The notes: generated by a model from the letters alone, not told the origin. A DNA stretch of 64,000 nt from Candidatus Woesearchaeota archaeon (GCA_018696595.1 JABHQW010000003.1:1-64000), one strand, 5' to 3'. Positions 8,964 to 18,293 are shown, numbered from the stretch's first letter. Numbers and translations: made by a program.

Positions 8964-10105
8964 AGATGTATAAGAGAGGTGTACTATTAATTGCAATGCT
9001 AGTTTTACTTAGTTCTCTAGTTTTTGCTGCAGAAAGTACAGAGAAAGATTGTATCTATTATTTTTATGGCGATGGTTGTGATGATTGTCCTGAAGTTAAT
9101 TTATTCCTAGATCAGTTAACTGACAAATATCCTGATTTGAACATAGAAAAGAATGAAGTTTATTATAATACAGATAACTTGAAACAATTACAACAATTCT
9201 TTGACGCTTATTCTGTTCCTGAAGATGAACAAGGTCTTCCAATTGTGTTTATGCCACATAGTTATTTCTTGGGACAAGAATCTATTAAAGGTTTATTAGA
9301 AGAACGGATTAAGAATAATGATAATAATGAATGTCCCTCTTTAGATAAAAAGGAAGTTATTGGAATTGTTGGGGAAAGTTCTTCAAAAAGTGTTATGGAT
9401 GGATTAAGTTTTTTTCTAGTTACTGGGTCTGCATTACTTAGTTCTGTTAACATGGGCGGTCTAGCTTTATTTCTGGTTTTGTTACTACTAATTTATTCTA
9501 TTAAAGATCGTGATGAAATGTTGAAGAAAGGTTTTATGTTTATTCTGGGAATTTATTTGGCTTATTTATTATTTGGGATGGGATTGTTTGCTTGGTTTGC
9601 TTATTCAAACATCGGAACATTTATTGCTAAAGTATTAGCTATCTTAGCGATCATCTTTGGTTTAGCAATGATTAAAGATTTCTTTGTTAGTTGGCAAGTT
9701 ACATTTAAGAATGTTAAGAACGAAACTAAGAAAAAATTGGCTGAAATTAAAGAATTTGTTTTGTTACCTTTCACAATATTATTCATGGGTTTTATTTTAG
9801 GATTATTTACACTTACTAACCTAAGCAAAACATTTCTCTTGGTGAGATATTTATTTATGGAAGGCTCAACTAGATTAATTGCGTTACCAATCTTACTTTA
9901 TTCTCTGGTATTATTTGTTCTGTTAATGTCAGTTGTTCTGATAACAGTTTTCTTAATGAAGGAACACCATTCTAAGAAGGCTAAAGTTAAACATCCACAA
10001 CATGATCGGAAAGCAAAAGCTTGGGATGACCATTACATTAAAGTTATGAATTTTATTGTTGCGGTTGTGATGTTGATTTTGGGATTAATTGTTTTGTTTC
10101 TTTGA
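8957..10105 (+). CDS. Glutaredoxin-like domain fused to a CcdA-like membrane domain
   Basis: Signal peptide, FYGDGCDDC CxxC motif, LPIVF, then 6-7 TM helices. Confidence 0.65.
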   Translation: MVKMYKRGVLLIAMLVLLSSLVFAAESTEKDCIYYFYGDGCDDCPEVNLFLDQLTDKYPDLNIEKNEVYYNTDNLKQLQQFFDAYSVPEDEQGLPIVFMPHSYFLGQESIKGLLEERIKNNDNNECPSLDKKEVIGIVGESSSKSVMDGLSFFLVTGSALLSSVNMGGLALFLVLLLLIYSIKDRDEMLKKGFMFILGIYLAYLLFGMGLFAWFAYSNIGTFIAKVLAILAIIFGLAMIKDFFVSWQVTFKNVKNETKKKLAEIKEFVLLPFTILFMGFILGLFTLTNLSKTFLLVRYLFMEGSTRLIALPILLYSLVLFVLLMSVVLITVFLMKEHHSKKAKVKHPQHDRKAKAWDDHYIKVMNFIVAVVMLILGLIVLFL

Positions 10106-10159
10106 ACGTTCTTTTGTAGTTTGATAAAGTTTATATTCTTCTGTTCTCAAACAATCATT

Positions 10160-10720
10160 ATGGGGGGTCAACCTTTTAAAGCAGTGGATATGATTTCTTT
10201 AGTTGATGATACTTATTCTGGATTATCAAAAAAAGTTCAGGAATTGGTGCGTGGTGCTGAATATCATGAGAAGTATCACCAGAAAGGAAATTTTGTTCAT
10301 GATCCAGATACTAATGAATGGAGAGTCGAAGTAGAATATTCGGTGGTTGGCGGTCTTATATATTCTGAATGTCCAGAAATGCCAGGAGGGTTTCTTGAAG
10401 AAAGAGAGGGACTTGAACTAAGAGTTGGATTAGAAATAATGCTTGATTCTGGTGTTGATGCAGCAAAAGAATATTTGGGTTATGAACAAAGATCAAACGA
10501 TGATTGTTTGGCATCTTTAAAAGAAAAAGGATTGCCTGAGACTGCTAAGGCCTATGGTGTTCCAGAAGAAGCTTTATTGGCATTTCAGGGATTAAATATT
10601 AGGAGATTACAGGAATATTTTGATTATTCTTTAAAAAGACCGGTCCAGGTTAGTTTAGCGGAAAAATTAGGTACAACTAGAGATTTTTTAGAAGATTTAA
10701 GAAGAAGAAAACTAGCTTAA
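10160..10720 (+). CDS. Hypothetical protein
   Basis: ORF preceded by an AT-rich promoter-like region; start moved to ATG 10160. Confidence 0.55.
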   Translation: MGGQPFKAVDMISLVDDTYSGLSKKVQELVRGAEYHEKYHQKGNFVHDPDTNEWRVEVEYSVVGGLIYSECPEMPGGFLEEREGLELRVGLEIMLDSGVDAAKEYLGYEQRSNDDCLASLKEKGLPETAKAYGVPEEALLAFQGLNIRRLQEYFDYSLKRPVQVSLAEKLGTTRDFLEDLRRRKLA

Positions 10721-10764
10721 AATCAATAACTTTTATATAACCAATTAGTTTCTACATTAAACAT

Positions 10765-12114
10765 ATGGTACTTGAGAAACTAGGAGATTCATTGAAGAAC
10801 ACTTTAGGCAAGATTGCCAAGTCCGTTTTCGTAGATGAAAAGCTAATCAATGAACTAGTAAAAGATATTCAAAGGGCCTTATTACAATCAGATACTAATG
10901 TTCAACTTGTTTTTGATTTAAGCAAGAAAATTAAAGAAAGAGCTAAAGAAGATACTGCTCCTGGAATAACAAAAAGGGAACAGTTAGTCAAGATTGTTTA
11001 TGAAGAATTAACAAATTTCTTGGGAAAGGAAACTTCTGAACTTAAGATTGAAAAAAAGCCAACACAAATTATGTTAGTGGGATTATTTGGAAGCGGTAAA
11101 ACCACTACTACTGGAAAACTAGCTAAATTTTACAAGAAACGTGGTTACAAAGTTGCAGTAATGCAAACTGATACTTGGCGACCAGCAGCTTATGATCAGT
11201 TAGAACAGTTAGCTAAAAGTGTTGGAGTAGAATTCTTTGGTGTTCGTGGAGAAAAAGATCCAGTAAATATTTACATGGCTTTCCAAGATAAAATTAAAGA
11301 TTATGATGTTGTTATTGTTGATACTGCTGGAAGAGATGCTTTATCAGAAGATTTAATTGAGGAACTTAACCAAATTCATTCTGTGGTTAAACCAGATGAA
11401 AGATTATTGGTTATCTCTGCAGACATTGGGCAAGCTGCCCAGAAACAAGCGCAAGCCTTCCATGATACTGTTGATGTCAATGGTGTAATTGTAACAAAGT
11501 TAGAAGGAACTGCTAAGGGTGGCGGTGCTTTATCTGCTTGTTCTGTAACTAATGCCCCAATCAAGTTTATCGGTATTGGTGAAAAGGTTGACGATTTAGA
11601 AATATTTCATCCGCAACGGTTTGTTGGTAGGCTTATTGGGTTTGGAGATATAGAATCATTATTAGAGAAAGCTAAAGAAGTTATGAATGAAGATGATGCT
11701 AAAGATATGCAAGATAAATTTTTGAAAGGAGATTTTAATTTACTTGATCTTTATAATCAAATGAAGTCGTTGAAGAAGATGGGTTCATTTAAGAAAATCA
11801 TGGGTATGATTCCTGGCATGAGTAATATGAACATGCCGAAAGAAATGTTGGATGTTCAAGAAGGGAAACTAGAGAAATGGAAGATTGCTATGGATTCAAT
11901 GACTCAGGAAGAATTGGAAGAACCCGATAAGATTGGTGCAGATAGAGTTGACCGGATTGCTTCTGGTTCAGGCAGTTCAATTAAAGAAGTTCGTGAGTTG
12001 CTTAAACAGCATCGTCAAAGTAAGAAAATGATGAAAATGTTTAAGGGCGAAAAAGATATGAACAAGATGATGAAGAAGATGAAAGGCAAAATGCCTGGCG
12101 GTATGAAGTTTTAG
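10765..12114 (+). CDS. srp54: Signal recognition particle protein SRP54
   Basis: GLFGSGKTTT, DTWRPAA, DTAGR, TKLEGTAKGGG motifs and Met-rich M domain. Confidence 0.97.
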   Translation: MVLEKLGDSLKNTLGKIAKSVFVDEKLINELVKDIQRALLQSDTNVQLVFDLSKKIKERAKEDTAPGITKREQLVKIVYEELTNFLGKETSELKIEKKPTQIMLVGLFGSGKTTTTGKLAKFYKKRGYKVAVMQTDTWRPAAYDQLEQLAKSVGVEFFGVRGEKDPVNIYMAFQDKIKDYDVVIVDTAGRDALSEDLIEELNQIHSVVKPDERLLVISADIGQAAQKQAQAFHDTVDVNGVIVTKLEGTAKGGGALSACSVTNAPIKFIGIGEKVDDLEIFHPQRFVGRLIGFGDIESLLEKAKEVMNEDDAKDMQDKFLKGDFNLLDLYNQMKSLKKMGSFKKIMGMIPGMSNMNMPKEMLDVQEGKLEKWKIAMDSMTQEELEEPDKIGADRVDRIASGSGSSIKEVRELLKQHRQSKKMMKMFKGEKDMNKMMKKMKGKMPGGMKF

Positions 12115-12209
12115 TCTTTGTTTTCTTTTGATCAAACTTTTGTAAAAGTTTGTGATGGAGGGGATGAAAGGCAAAATGCCTGGTGGCATGAAGTTTTAGT
12201 CTTTGTTTT
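12078..12209 (+). repeat. 47-bp direct repeat of the srp54 3' end around a 38-bp hairpin spacer
   Basis: 12078-12124 vs 12163-12209; two mismatches (ggc ggt vs ggt ggc); spacer contains CAAACTTTT-gt-AAAAGTTTG. Confidence 0.92.
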
Positions 12210-12254
12210 GTAGTTTTAACATACTTAATTAACATTCAAATGAGGTGAAATAAA

Positions 12255-12599
12255 ATGAGTTTAAGATTAGAAAATGTAGAAGTTGTAGGTGGAAAACTCC
12301 AGGATTTGTTGGAGGTTCTATTGGAACATATGACTGAAAGAGCAGAATTAATTAAAGTTTTAAGAGAAATTGAAAGAACCCTTCCTTTTTTAATGGATAC
12401 TATAAGAAAAAGGTTCTCAAGTGTGGAGAAAGCTAGTAAGAATTTTATTAATGCTTATCTGAAATTGGATCAAGAACGTAAAAACATGATTCTTGAATTA
12501 ACTCTTAGTAAAGAAGCTAATTATTATCGTCAGATACAAGAACCTGTTTTGAGTTTTTCAAGATCCTTGCAGGCAATGTGCAATAAAATTTCACACTAA
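12255..12599 (+). CDS. Hypothetical helical protein
   Basis: ORF with upstream GAGGTGA ribosome-binding site. Confidence 0.65.
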   Translation: MSLRLENVEVVGGKLQDLLEVLLEHMTERAELIKVLREIERTLPFLMDTIRKRFSSVEKASKNFINAYLKLDQERKNMILELTLSKEANYYRQIQEPVLSFSRSLQAMCNKISH

Positions 12600-12662
12600 A
12601 CTTTTAATACAAGTAGAAATTATTATTAAAAAACATCCTTATTAAGGAAAGAGGTGATTATT

Positions 12663-12911
12663 ATGGCTGTTGATCCAGCAAGGGTATTTAGGTTATTAAA
12701 AAAAGAAGAAAGTGAGATTGTAATGCAAATTAATCAACTAGTTAGTGAGTTGGAGATTATAAAGAAGGCCGTTAAGGCTACTGAAAAAGGTAAACAGTTT
12801 GAAACGGGAAGTTGGGCTATAATGCTTAGGGAATTTAAGAAATCAACAAAAAACTTATCATTACACTTACAAATCTTTATTGGTGAATTGATCCCAGCTA
12901 GAAAGTCTTAA
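12663..12911 (+). CDS. Hypothetical helical protein
   Basis: GAGGTGA RBS before ATG 12663. Confidence 0.6.
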   Translation: MAVDPARVFRLLKKEESEIVMQINQLVSELEIIKKAVKATEKGKQFETGSWAIMLREFKKSTKNLSLHLQIFIGELIPARKS

Positions 12912-13036
12912 CTAATGGCAATCTCTTTTCGGTAACCGCATTTCTTACAGTAATGTACATCGTACATGCCGTCAGCGAACTTATGCTGGCCAACATGTAA
13001 TAGTTTATCGCATTCTGGACAATTTGTTTGTTGCAT
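12908..13036 (-). CDS. Small zinc-ribbon protein (42 aa, not in the ORF track)
   Basis: Manual translation MQQTNCPECDKLLHVGQHKFADGMYDVHYCKKCGYRKEIAIS; two CxxC; directly downstream of the U32 gene. Confidence 0.75.
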   Translation of the reverse strand: MQQTNCPECDKLLHVGQHKFADGMYDVHYCKKCGYRKEIAIS

Positions 13037-13041
13037 TTTAA

Positions 13042-14235
13042 TTAAGATCTTTCTTTAACTAAATAAACTTTATCATTTTCTCTTACTAAGAAATCTGTTT
13101 TAATTGTAATTAATGTTCCTTTCTCTGCTTTCTCAATCTTTCCAGAATGATCATGCATTTCAGAAACAACCATTTCTTCGCAACCAGTAGTTGGACCAAT
13201 GAAAGTAATTTTATCACCTACTTTAACTTTGTCACATTCAACTTTAAACTCTACAGCAGAAATGTTTTTGTAAAAATTACTCGCTTTACCAATCTGAACT
13301 TTTTTGGTTGTTGCTTTACTCCCATATAAATCAGCTCTTTGATGGTGGGGATAATCTATAAAGAATCCAGTTGAAAAATCTTTATTGTAAACTTGTTTAA
13401 GTTCCTCAGTTAATTCTGTTACTAATTCTTTGTTGAATTTGTTTTCTTTAATCGCTTCAACCGCTTTTCGGTAAACAGAAACTACTTTGGAAACATAATC
13501 TGCTCCTCGGTTTCTACCTTCAATCTTTAAACAATCAACAAAAGTAAGTTTGTCTAGTACTGGAAGTGCACATAAATCTTTGGCAGACATGACAAAGTTA
13601 TTATCCATAACCATTTCGTGTCCTTCTTCTTTATCAGTTACTTTGTATTCTCTTCTGCAAGGTTGTAAACATTCTCCTCTGTTGGCAGATTTGTTAAATA
13701 ACTCTTGTGACATAAAACATCTTCCTGAATAAGAAATACATCTTGCTCCGTGAATGAACACTTCTATTTCCATTCCAGTTTTCTCTTTTATTGTTTTAAC
13801 ATCTTCGATTGAACATTCTCTGGCAAGAACAATTCTTTCTACTCCTAATTCTTTCCAGTATAATGCCGCTTCTGAATTACTTACAGATGCTTGTGTGGAT
13901 AAATGGATTGGGATTCCTAATTCTTTACACTTCTTAACTACAGCTAGGTCCCAACAGATAACTGCATCAATATTAGCTTCTTTTAACGTTGTGAGAACTT
14001 TGTTTAATTGTTCTAACTCTGATTCGTAAATTATAATGTTAACTGTACAGTAAGCTTTAACATTATTCTCATGACAATATTCTACAATCTCTTTAACTTC
14101 GTCTAGTTCAAAGTTTCCTGCTGCTACACGCATGTTAAAATCTTTAATTCCAAAATAGATCGCATCTGCTTTAGCTTTAACAGCTGCGGTAAGCATGCTT
14201 CTATTTCCTACTGGTGCTAATATTTCCATTTTCAT
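13042..14235 (-). CDS. Peptidase U32 family protein (TrhP-like architecture)
   Basis: EILAPVG, ADAIYFG, FIHGARCISYSGRC, NRGECLQPCRR, KIEGR, C-terminal beta-barrel. Confidence 0.88.
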   Translation of the reverse strand: MKMEILAPVGNRSMLTAAVKAKADAIYFGIKDFNMRVAAGNFELDEVKEIVEYCHENNVKAYCTVNIIIYESELEQLNKVLTTLKEANIDAVICWDLAVVKKCKELGIPIHLSTQASVSNSEAALYWKELGVERIVLARECSIEDVKTIKEKTGMEIEVFIHGARCISYSGRCFMSQELFNKSANRGECLQPCRREYKVTDKEEGHEMVMDNNFVMSAKDLCALPVLDKLTFVDCLKIEGRNRGADYVSKVVSVYRKAVEAIKENKFNKELVTELTEELKQVYNKDFSTGFFIDYPHHQRADLYGSKATTKKVQIGKASNFYKNISAVEFKVECDKVKVGDKITFIGPTTGCEEMVVSEMHDHSGKIEKAEKGTLITIKTDFLVRENDKVYLVKERS

Positions 14236-14420
14236 TCTGTTAATAAACTAACAAATTCAACCTCTCGTTTTTGACAGGAATAATTTTTGCCTTCATATCC
14301 CCAAGAACCATCTAACTTTAAGGGGTCAATATTAGCAATAATTCTTTCTTCATGATTATATTGACATACTGAATAAAGCGGACAATCTAATTCTCTTCCA
14401 GTATGACATTCTTTATTCAT
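14232..14420 (-). CDS. Small Cys-containing hypothetical protein
   Basis: 62 aa, four Cys, ATGA-type overlap with the U32 start. Confidence 0.55.
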   Translation of the reverse strand: MNKECHTGRELDCPLYSVCQYNHEERIIANIDPLKLDGSWGYEGKNYSCQKREVEFVSLLTE

Positions 14421-14515
14421 TTTTATGTTTAATTCGGGGTTTACTCTAAAAATGTTTCGTATATTCTAGTGGTAAGAAAAATTTATAAACAACCTTTGAA
14501 AATCTAATTCTCTTA

Positions 14516-14902
14516 ATGAAAGGCTACCAAGCAACAACATTAAGGAATTTGAAACAAGCTGGTTCTGGAATTCATGTTATGGTGGAGGCTATGCCACTTT
14601 CTGGCATGAGAGATAATAATGGTGGTTTTATTTGTTCTTTAGCAAGAGAAGGGGCAGTAGTACCTGCAACAATTGATCAATCTGTTTATGATTCTACTCA
14701 GGAAGTAATTGACGTTTATAATGTTCTAGGAAGGTGGAACGGCACTGAATTAGAAGTTCATCATGCAGAAGCAAGGGGATTACTTAAAGTTGGAAGAACA
14801 AGACCTCCTGGACCAATAAAACCAATGTATGATGAGAATTCAAGTCTTCAAATTTCTCAAGAATTAGCTAGGAAAAAGAGATTAGATCTTAAACTTCTAT
14901 GA
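14516..14902 (+). CDS. Hypothetical protein
   Basis: ORF with upstream TTTATAAA box. Confidence 0.55.
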   Translation: MKGYQATTLRNLKQAGSGIHVMVEAMPLSGMRDNNGGFICSLAREGAVVPATIDQSVYDSTQEVIDVYNVLGRWNGTELEVHHAEARGLLKVGRTRPPGPIKPMYDENSSLQISQELARKKRLDLKLL

Positions 14903-15485
14903 TTTTACCTTTCTTACCAACATTAATAACTTTAGTTTTACCAATAACTTCTTCAATTCCTTCAGATTCATGGATGTGGCCACAGATGTGTAGCTCTGGT
15001 TGAAACTCTTCAATTGCTTTCTTTATTCCTTCACTTCCAGGAAATAATCCTAAACCAATAATACTACCTTCTGGCTGAGTATGAGTTAACATGATTTTCT
15101 TTTTCACATCTGTTAAAGAATCGTGCGCTTTTTTCAAAGTGTTGAAAACATCTTCTTCGCTTAATTGGTGTGGCCCAATATTACCATAACCGCAACCAAA
15201 GATCCCTACATCTCCCTTTTTGAAAACGTATCCATGCATATTCTTTGCACCATACTTTTCAACTAAGAAATTTATTTCTGTCATTCCTTCCCAATTTCCG
15301 GGAATTAATCCCACTTCCAGATTCTTGGCTCTAAATGGTCCAACCATGCCTTCTACGCTACCTTCATCATCTACTAAGTCTCCAGCTAATAAAACTAAGT
15401 CTACGTTCTCTTTTTCAGCTTTCTCGGCCATCTCTTTAACAAGATGTTTGTCGCCGTGTAAGTCGCTTAAAGCCAGTATTTTCAT
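14889..15485 (-). CDS. Calcineurin-like metallophosphoesterase
   Basis: SDLHG, AGDL, PGNWE, LTH, CGHIHE motifs. Confidence 0.9.
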   Translation of the reverse strand: MKILALSDLHGDKHLVKEMAEKAEKENVDLVLLAGDLVDDEGSVEGMVGPFRAKNLEVGLIPGNWEGMTEINFLVEKYGAKNMHGYVFKKGDVGIFGCGYGNIGPHQLSEEDVFNTLKKAHDSLTDVKKKIMLTHTQPEGSIIGLGLFPGSEGIKKAIEEFQPELHICGHIHESEGIEEVIGKTKVINVGKKGKIIEV

Positions 15486-15586
15486 ATAAATCTAATAGCA
15501 ATTCTACTTTATAAATCTTTTGGTTTTGTTATTGGGGAGTGATGACTTACATAAAGTTTATAAATAAAGATTATTTATTCAATTTT

Positions 15587-16747
15587 ATGTCTATTCATAC
15601 ATATAATTTTGCTGACATAACTGGAGCGACCCATAAAGAATTAGGGGTTGATGAAATTGTAGACAATGCTCTTAGTAAGGACTTAGAAGGAATTGTGGTG
15701 ATTTCTTCAGGAAACTTTTCTTTTGCAATTCAGGAAGAAATTACACGCCGAGAATCTAGTTTAAAATTATTCAATTTAGTTGGTAGGAAATCAAGATCAA
15801 ATTCTGAGATAGAAATTCCTAATGGGGATATTCTTAAAACTAATGAACAAAGGGTTTCTGTTGTTAGAGATGCTACAGGGTTAAACATAAAGATACAAGA
15901 TTACACCGACTTTATTCCTAATGCTTATGGCGTACATGCAGAAGTAATCTTAGCATCAACACCAGATTATGTTTTGTGTCCAATTGGTTCAGGTAAATTA
16001 TGGTTAAGCATTGTGAGAAAAGTTCAGTCTTTAGACATTAGTACTAAAGTTATTGGGGTTACTCCCAAAGGGAGAAATGCTTTTTTCTTAAATAATTTAA
16101 CCAGAAACTTAGATTCGGTTGCAGATAAACTAACTGCCCCTTATACTCACTTGAGAGAAGAAGTTTTGGCTGAATCCCCAAATCATATTGTTGCGGAAGC
16201 TTCTGAAAGGCAGTTAAAAAAAGCATATAATAAAGCAAAGCAAAGAAATATTGAATGCGAACCAAGTGGAGCAGCAGGATTTGTTGTTTATGATCAAAAG
16301 TTTTGTAATCAGCATGAAATTGATAAATCTGATGATGTTGTTGTTGTATCAACTGGGAAAGGATTTAAGTATGAAGTTGATCAAACTAGAAACACAGAAT
16401 GTAAAAGAAGATCTAAAATTGGTACTTTAGCTACTCTTTTTGTTGCTGGGACTTTTTGTTTTTTAGCACAAACAATGGCTCATATTTCTGATCAACAAAT
16501 TGCAAGGGAATTATTATCTACTATGAATTCTAAAACTGATTATCGGGCTTTAGTTTACATGGCGGAAAGAGAAGGGGTTAGTTCAATAATGAGTTTAAGT
16601 GCTGATGGGGTTTCAATGGCAGGAACTCTTTCAATGATGGATCAAACTGGATTAGATTATATTGTTCATTCTCAAGATCCTAAGAAAGCTGCAATGTATC
16701 GTGATTTTGTATCTAAATGTCCCTATGATAACAAAACTTGTCTTTAA
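15587..16747 (+). CDS. Fold-type II PLP-dependent enzyme (threonine synthase-like) with C-terminal membrane-anchored extension
   Basis: TGATHK (PLP Lys), SSGNF, PDYVLCPIGSGKL, CEPSGAAG, VVSTGKGFK; TM helix LATLFVAGTFCFLA after the catalytic domain. Confidence 0.65.
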   Translation: MSIHTYNFADITGATHKELGVDEIVDNALSKDLEGIVVISSGNFSFAIQEEITRRESSLKLFNLVGRKSRSNSEIEIPNGDILKTNEQRVSVVRDATGLNIKIQDYTDFIPNAYGVHAEVILASTPDYVLCPIGSGKLWLSIVRKVQSLDISTKVIGVTPKGRNAFFLNNLTRNLDSVADKLTAPYTHLREEVLAESPNHIVAEASERQLKKAYNKAKQRNIECEPSGAAGFVVYDQKFCNQHEIDKSDDVVVVSTGKGFKYEVDQTRNTECKRRSKIGTLATLFVAGTFCFLAQTMAHISDQQIARELLSTMNSKTDYRALVYMAEREGVSSIMSLSADGVSMAGTLSMMDQTGLDYIVHSQDPKKAAMYRDFVSKCPYDNKTCL

Positions 16748-16956
16748 ACTTCTTTCCAAGGTTCAACATAATTGCATCCGTAACATTTTGCACTTTGTGA
16801 TGCTGGGTTTTGATCAAAATCTAACCAAGTGACTTCTCGTGTATTAGAAACATTGATGTGTTCGCAAGCAACGTCTTGCAATCCTGCAGATAAAAGACAC
16901 CTGTCATACATACGACAGTTGGCTAATCCATTTTCTGTTATACAATCAATTGTCAT
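16744..16956 (-). CDS. Small Cys-rich protein (CYGCN motif)
   Basis: 70 aa, six Cys, ends AKCYGCNY. Confidence 0.6.
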   Translation of the reverse strand: MTIDCITENGLANCRMYDRCLLSAGLQDVACEHINVSNTREVTWLDFDQNPASQSAKCYGCNYVEPWKEV

Positions 16957-16961
16957 TTTTA

Positions 16962-17210
16962 TTATTGAATATATTTTGCAATGCCAAGACCTTTTGTTTG
17001 TTGGTTCCGATTACAACCGTAACATTCTGCAGTTACTGTCCCTACTCCTGTTTTGTGCCATTCTTTTACTTCACTTCTTTCAATGTCTAAATAGGGGCAC
17101 GAAATTGTTTGCTTTCCTTCAGAAAGAGTACAGTGTCCTGCAAGTGATGCTGGCATTCCGTTTCTTTCATTACAAAATACAATACTTTTCTCCAATTGAC
17201 TTCTAACCAT
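16962..17210 (-). CDS. Small Cys-rich protein (CYGCN motif)
   Basis: 82 aa from ATG 17210; AECYGCNR; apparent paralogue of its neighbour. Confidence 0.6.
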   Translation of the reverse strand: MVRSQLEKSIVFCNERNGMPASLAGHCTLSEGKQTISCPYLDIERSEVKEWHKTGVGTVTAECYGCNRNQQTKGLGIAKYIQ

Positions 17211-17238
17211 TTTATTATCTCCAAACACCCAAGAACTC

Positions 17239-17799
17239 TTATCTTTTCTTCAACTTTAGATCCAACACCAGATCTTCTAACTTCCTAAGATCGTATTTAA
17301 CGGCATCAACTTTTCTTCGGATATCATTACTTCGGAAATCAAATTTAAGTAATTCGCCATAAATCATATCCACTTCGTCTTTGATCTTACCCACTTTAGC
17401 AACTTGACCTTTTCCAGCTAGAAATACTGCTTTTCGAACTAACTCACCGGGAAGATCTGCTAATCCTAATACAAAATGATCCGCAGCAACTTTTAAGTCA
17501 ATTAGTTTTCCATTCTTAACAAAATTGTAATATAGAATTGCTTCTACATATTCTTGAATAGCAACTTTATAGCTTCCTTCAGTGGACATCTTTTTGCTAT
17601 GTAATGCAATGGCATCCACTTTCTTTTTTTCAGATTCAATTTGTTTAACTAGCTTTCCAGCTTCGAGAATTTCATCCCGATGTACAGCGTAAATTAATTG
17701 TTTACTTAATTTAAGAACTACTCTGCTTTGTTTGATTAATTTCTCTCGTTCTGAGTCATAATCTTGAATTTGTTTCATTAATTTCTTGAAGTTTACCAT
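17239..17799 (-). CDS. Translin/C3PO-like protein
   Basis: REKLIKQSR..., QEYVEA, GLADLPGELVR, RRKVD motifs. Confidence 0.82.
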   Translation of the reverse strand: MVNFKKLMKQIQDYDSEREKLIKQSRVVLKLSKQLIYAVHRDEILEAGKLVKQIESEKKKVDAIALHSKKMSTEGSYKVAIQEYVEAILYYNFVKNGKLIDLKVAADHFVLGLADLPGELVRKAVFLAGKGQVAKVGKIKDEVDMIYGELLKFDFRSNDIRRKVDAVKYDLRKLEDLVLDLKLKKR

Positions 17800-17928
17800 A
17801 GTACTCTAAAATAGATGTTCTTTTATAAGGGTTTCTGGGGATTTTGATTTGGTTAAAATATTTCAACTAAAAAAGTTAATTCAAAGCAAAACATTTATAT
17901 AACCCTCCTCTAATTTTAACTTAAACTG

Positions 17929-18015
17929 AGAGCAATTAATTATTGAACTAAATAATTGCTCTGGTATATACAAAAGCATTACTTAAATGTTTGAAACATT
18001 AGTGCTTTTAGTATA
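17929..18015 (+). promoter_or_regulatory. Structured leader (two hairpins) upstream of lsm-rpl37e
   Basis: AGAGCAATTA/TAATTGCTCT (17929-17938/17953-17962); AAAAGCA..TGCTTTT stem with inner AATGTTT/AAACATT; TATA-like box at ~17895. Confidence 0.45.
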
Positions 18016-18043
18016 ATTCATATAATGGGGTGTAATAATTAAA

Positions 18044-18271
18044 ATGGAAGAAAACTCAAGACCTTTAGACGCATTGAATGCAGCAAGAGGAAAATCAGTA
18101 TTAGTAGACTTAAAGAACGGCACTAGATTTGTCGGTAAGCTAAAAGCTTTTGATATTCATATTAACGTAGTTTTAGATGAAGCAGAAGAACACAAAGATG
18201 GCGAAGTTAAAAGAAAATTAGGAACCGTCTTTATTCGAGGAGATACAATTATTATTTTGTCTCCTGCTTAA
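18044..18271 (+). CDS. lsm: Sm-like archaeal protein (SmAP1/Lsm)
   Basis: RPLDAL, GKLKAFDIHINVVL (Sm1), FIRGD (Sm2); upstream of rpl37e as usual in archaea. Confidence 0.95.
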   Translation: MEENSRPLDALNAARGKSVLVDLKNGTRFVGKLKAFDIHINVVLDEAEEHKDGEVKRKLGTVFIRGDTIIILSPA

Positions 18272-18293
18272 ATTATTGTAGAGGAATTAGAAA

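Noticed and set aside
12078-12209. CRISPR mini-array or DGR at the srp54 end
   Set aside because: Only two units, the repeat is coding sequence, differences are C/T synonymous, and there are no cas or RT genes
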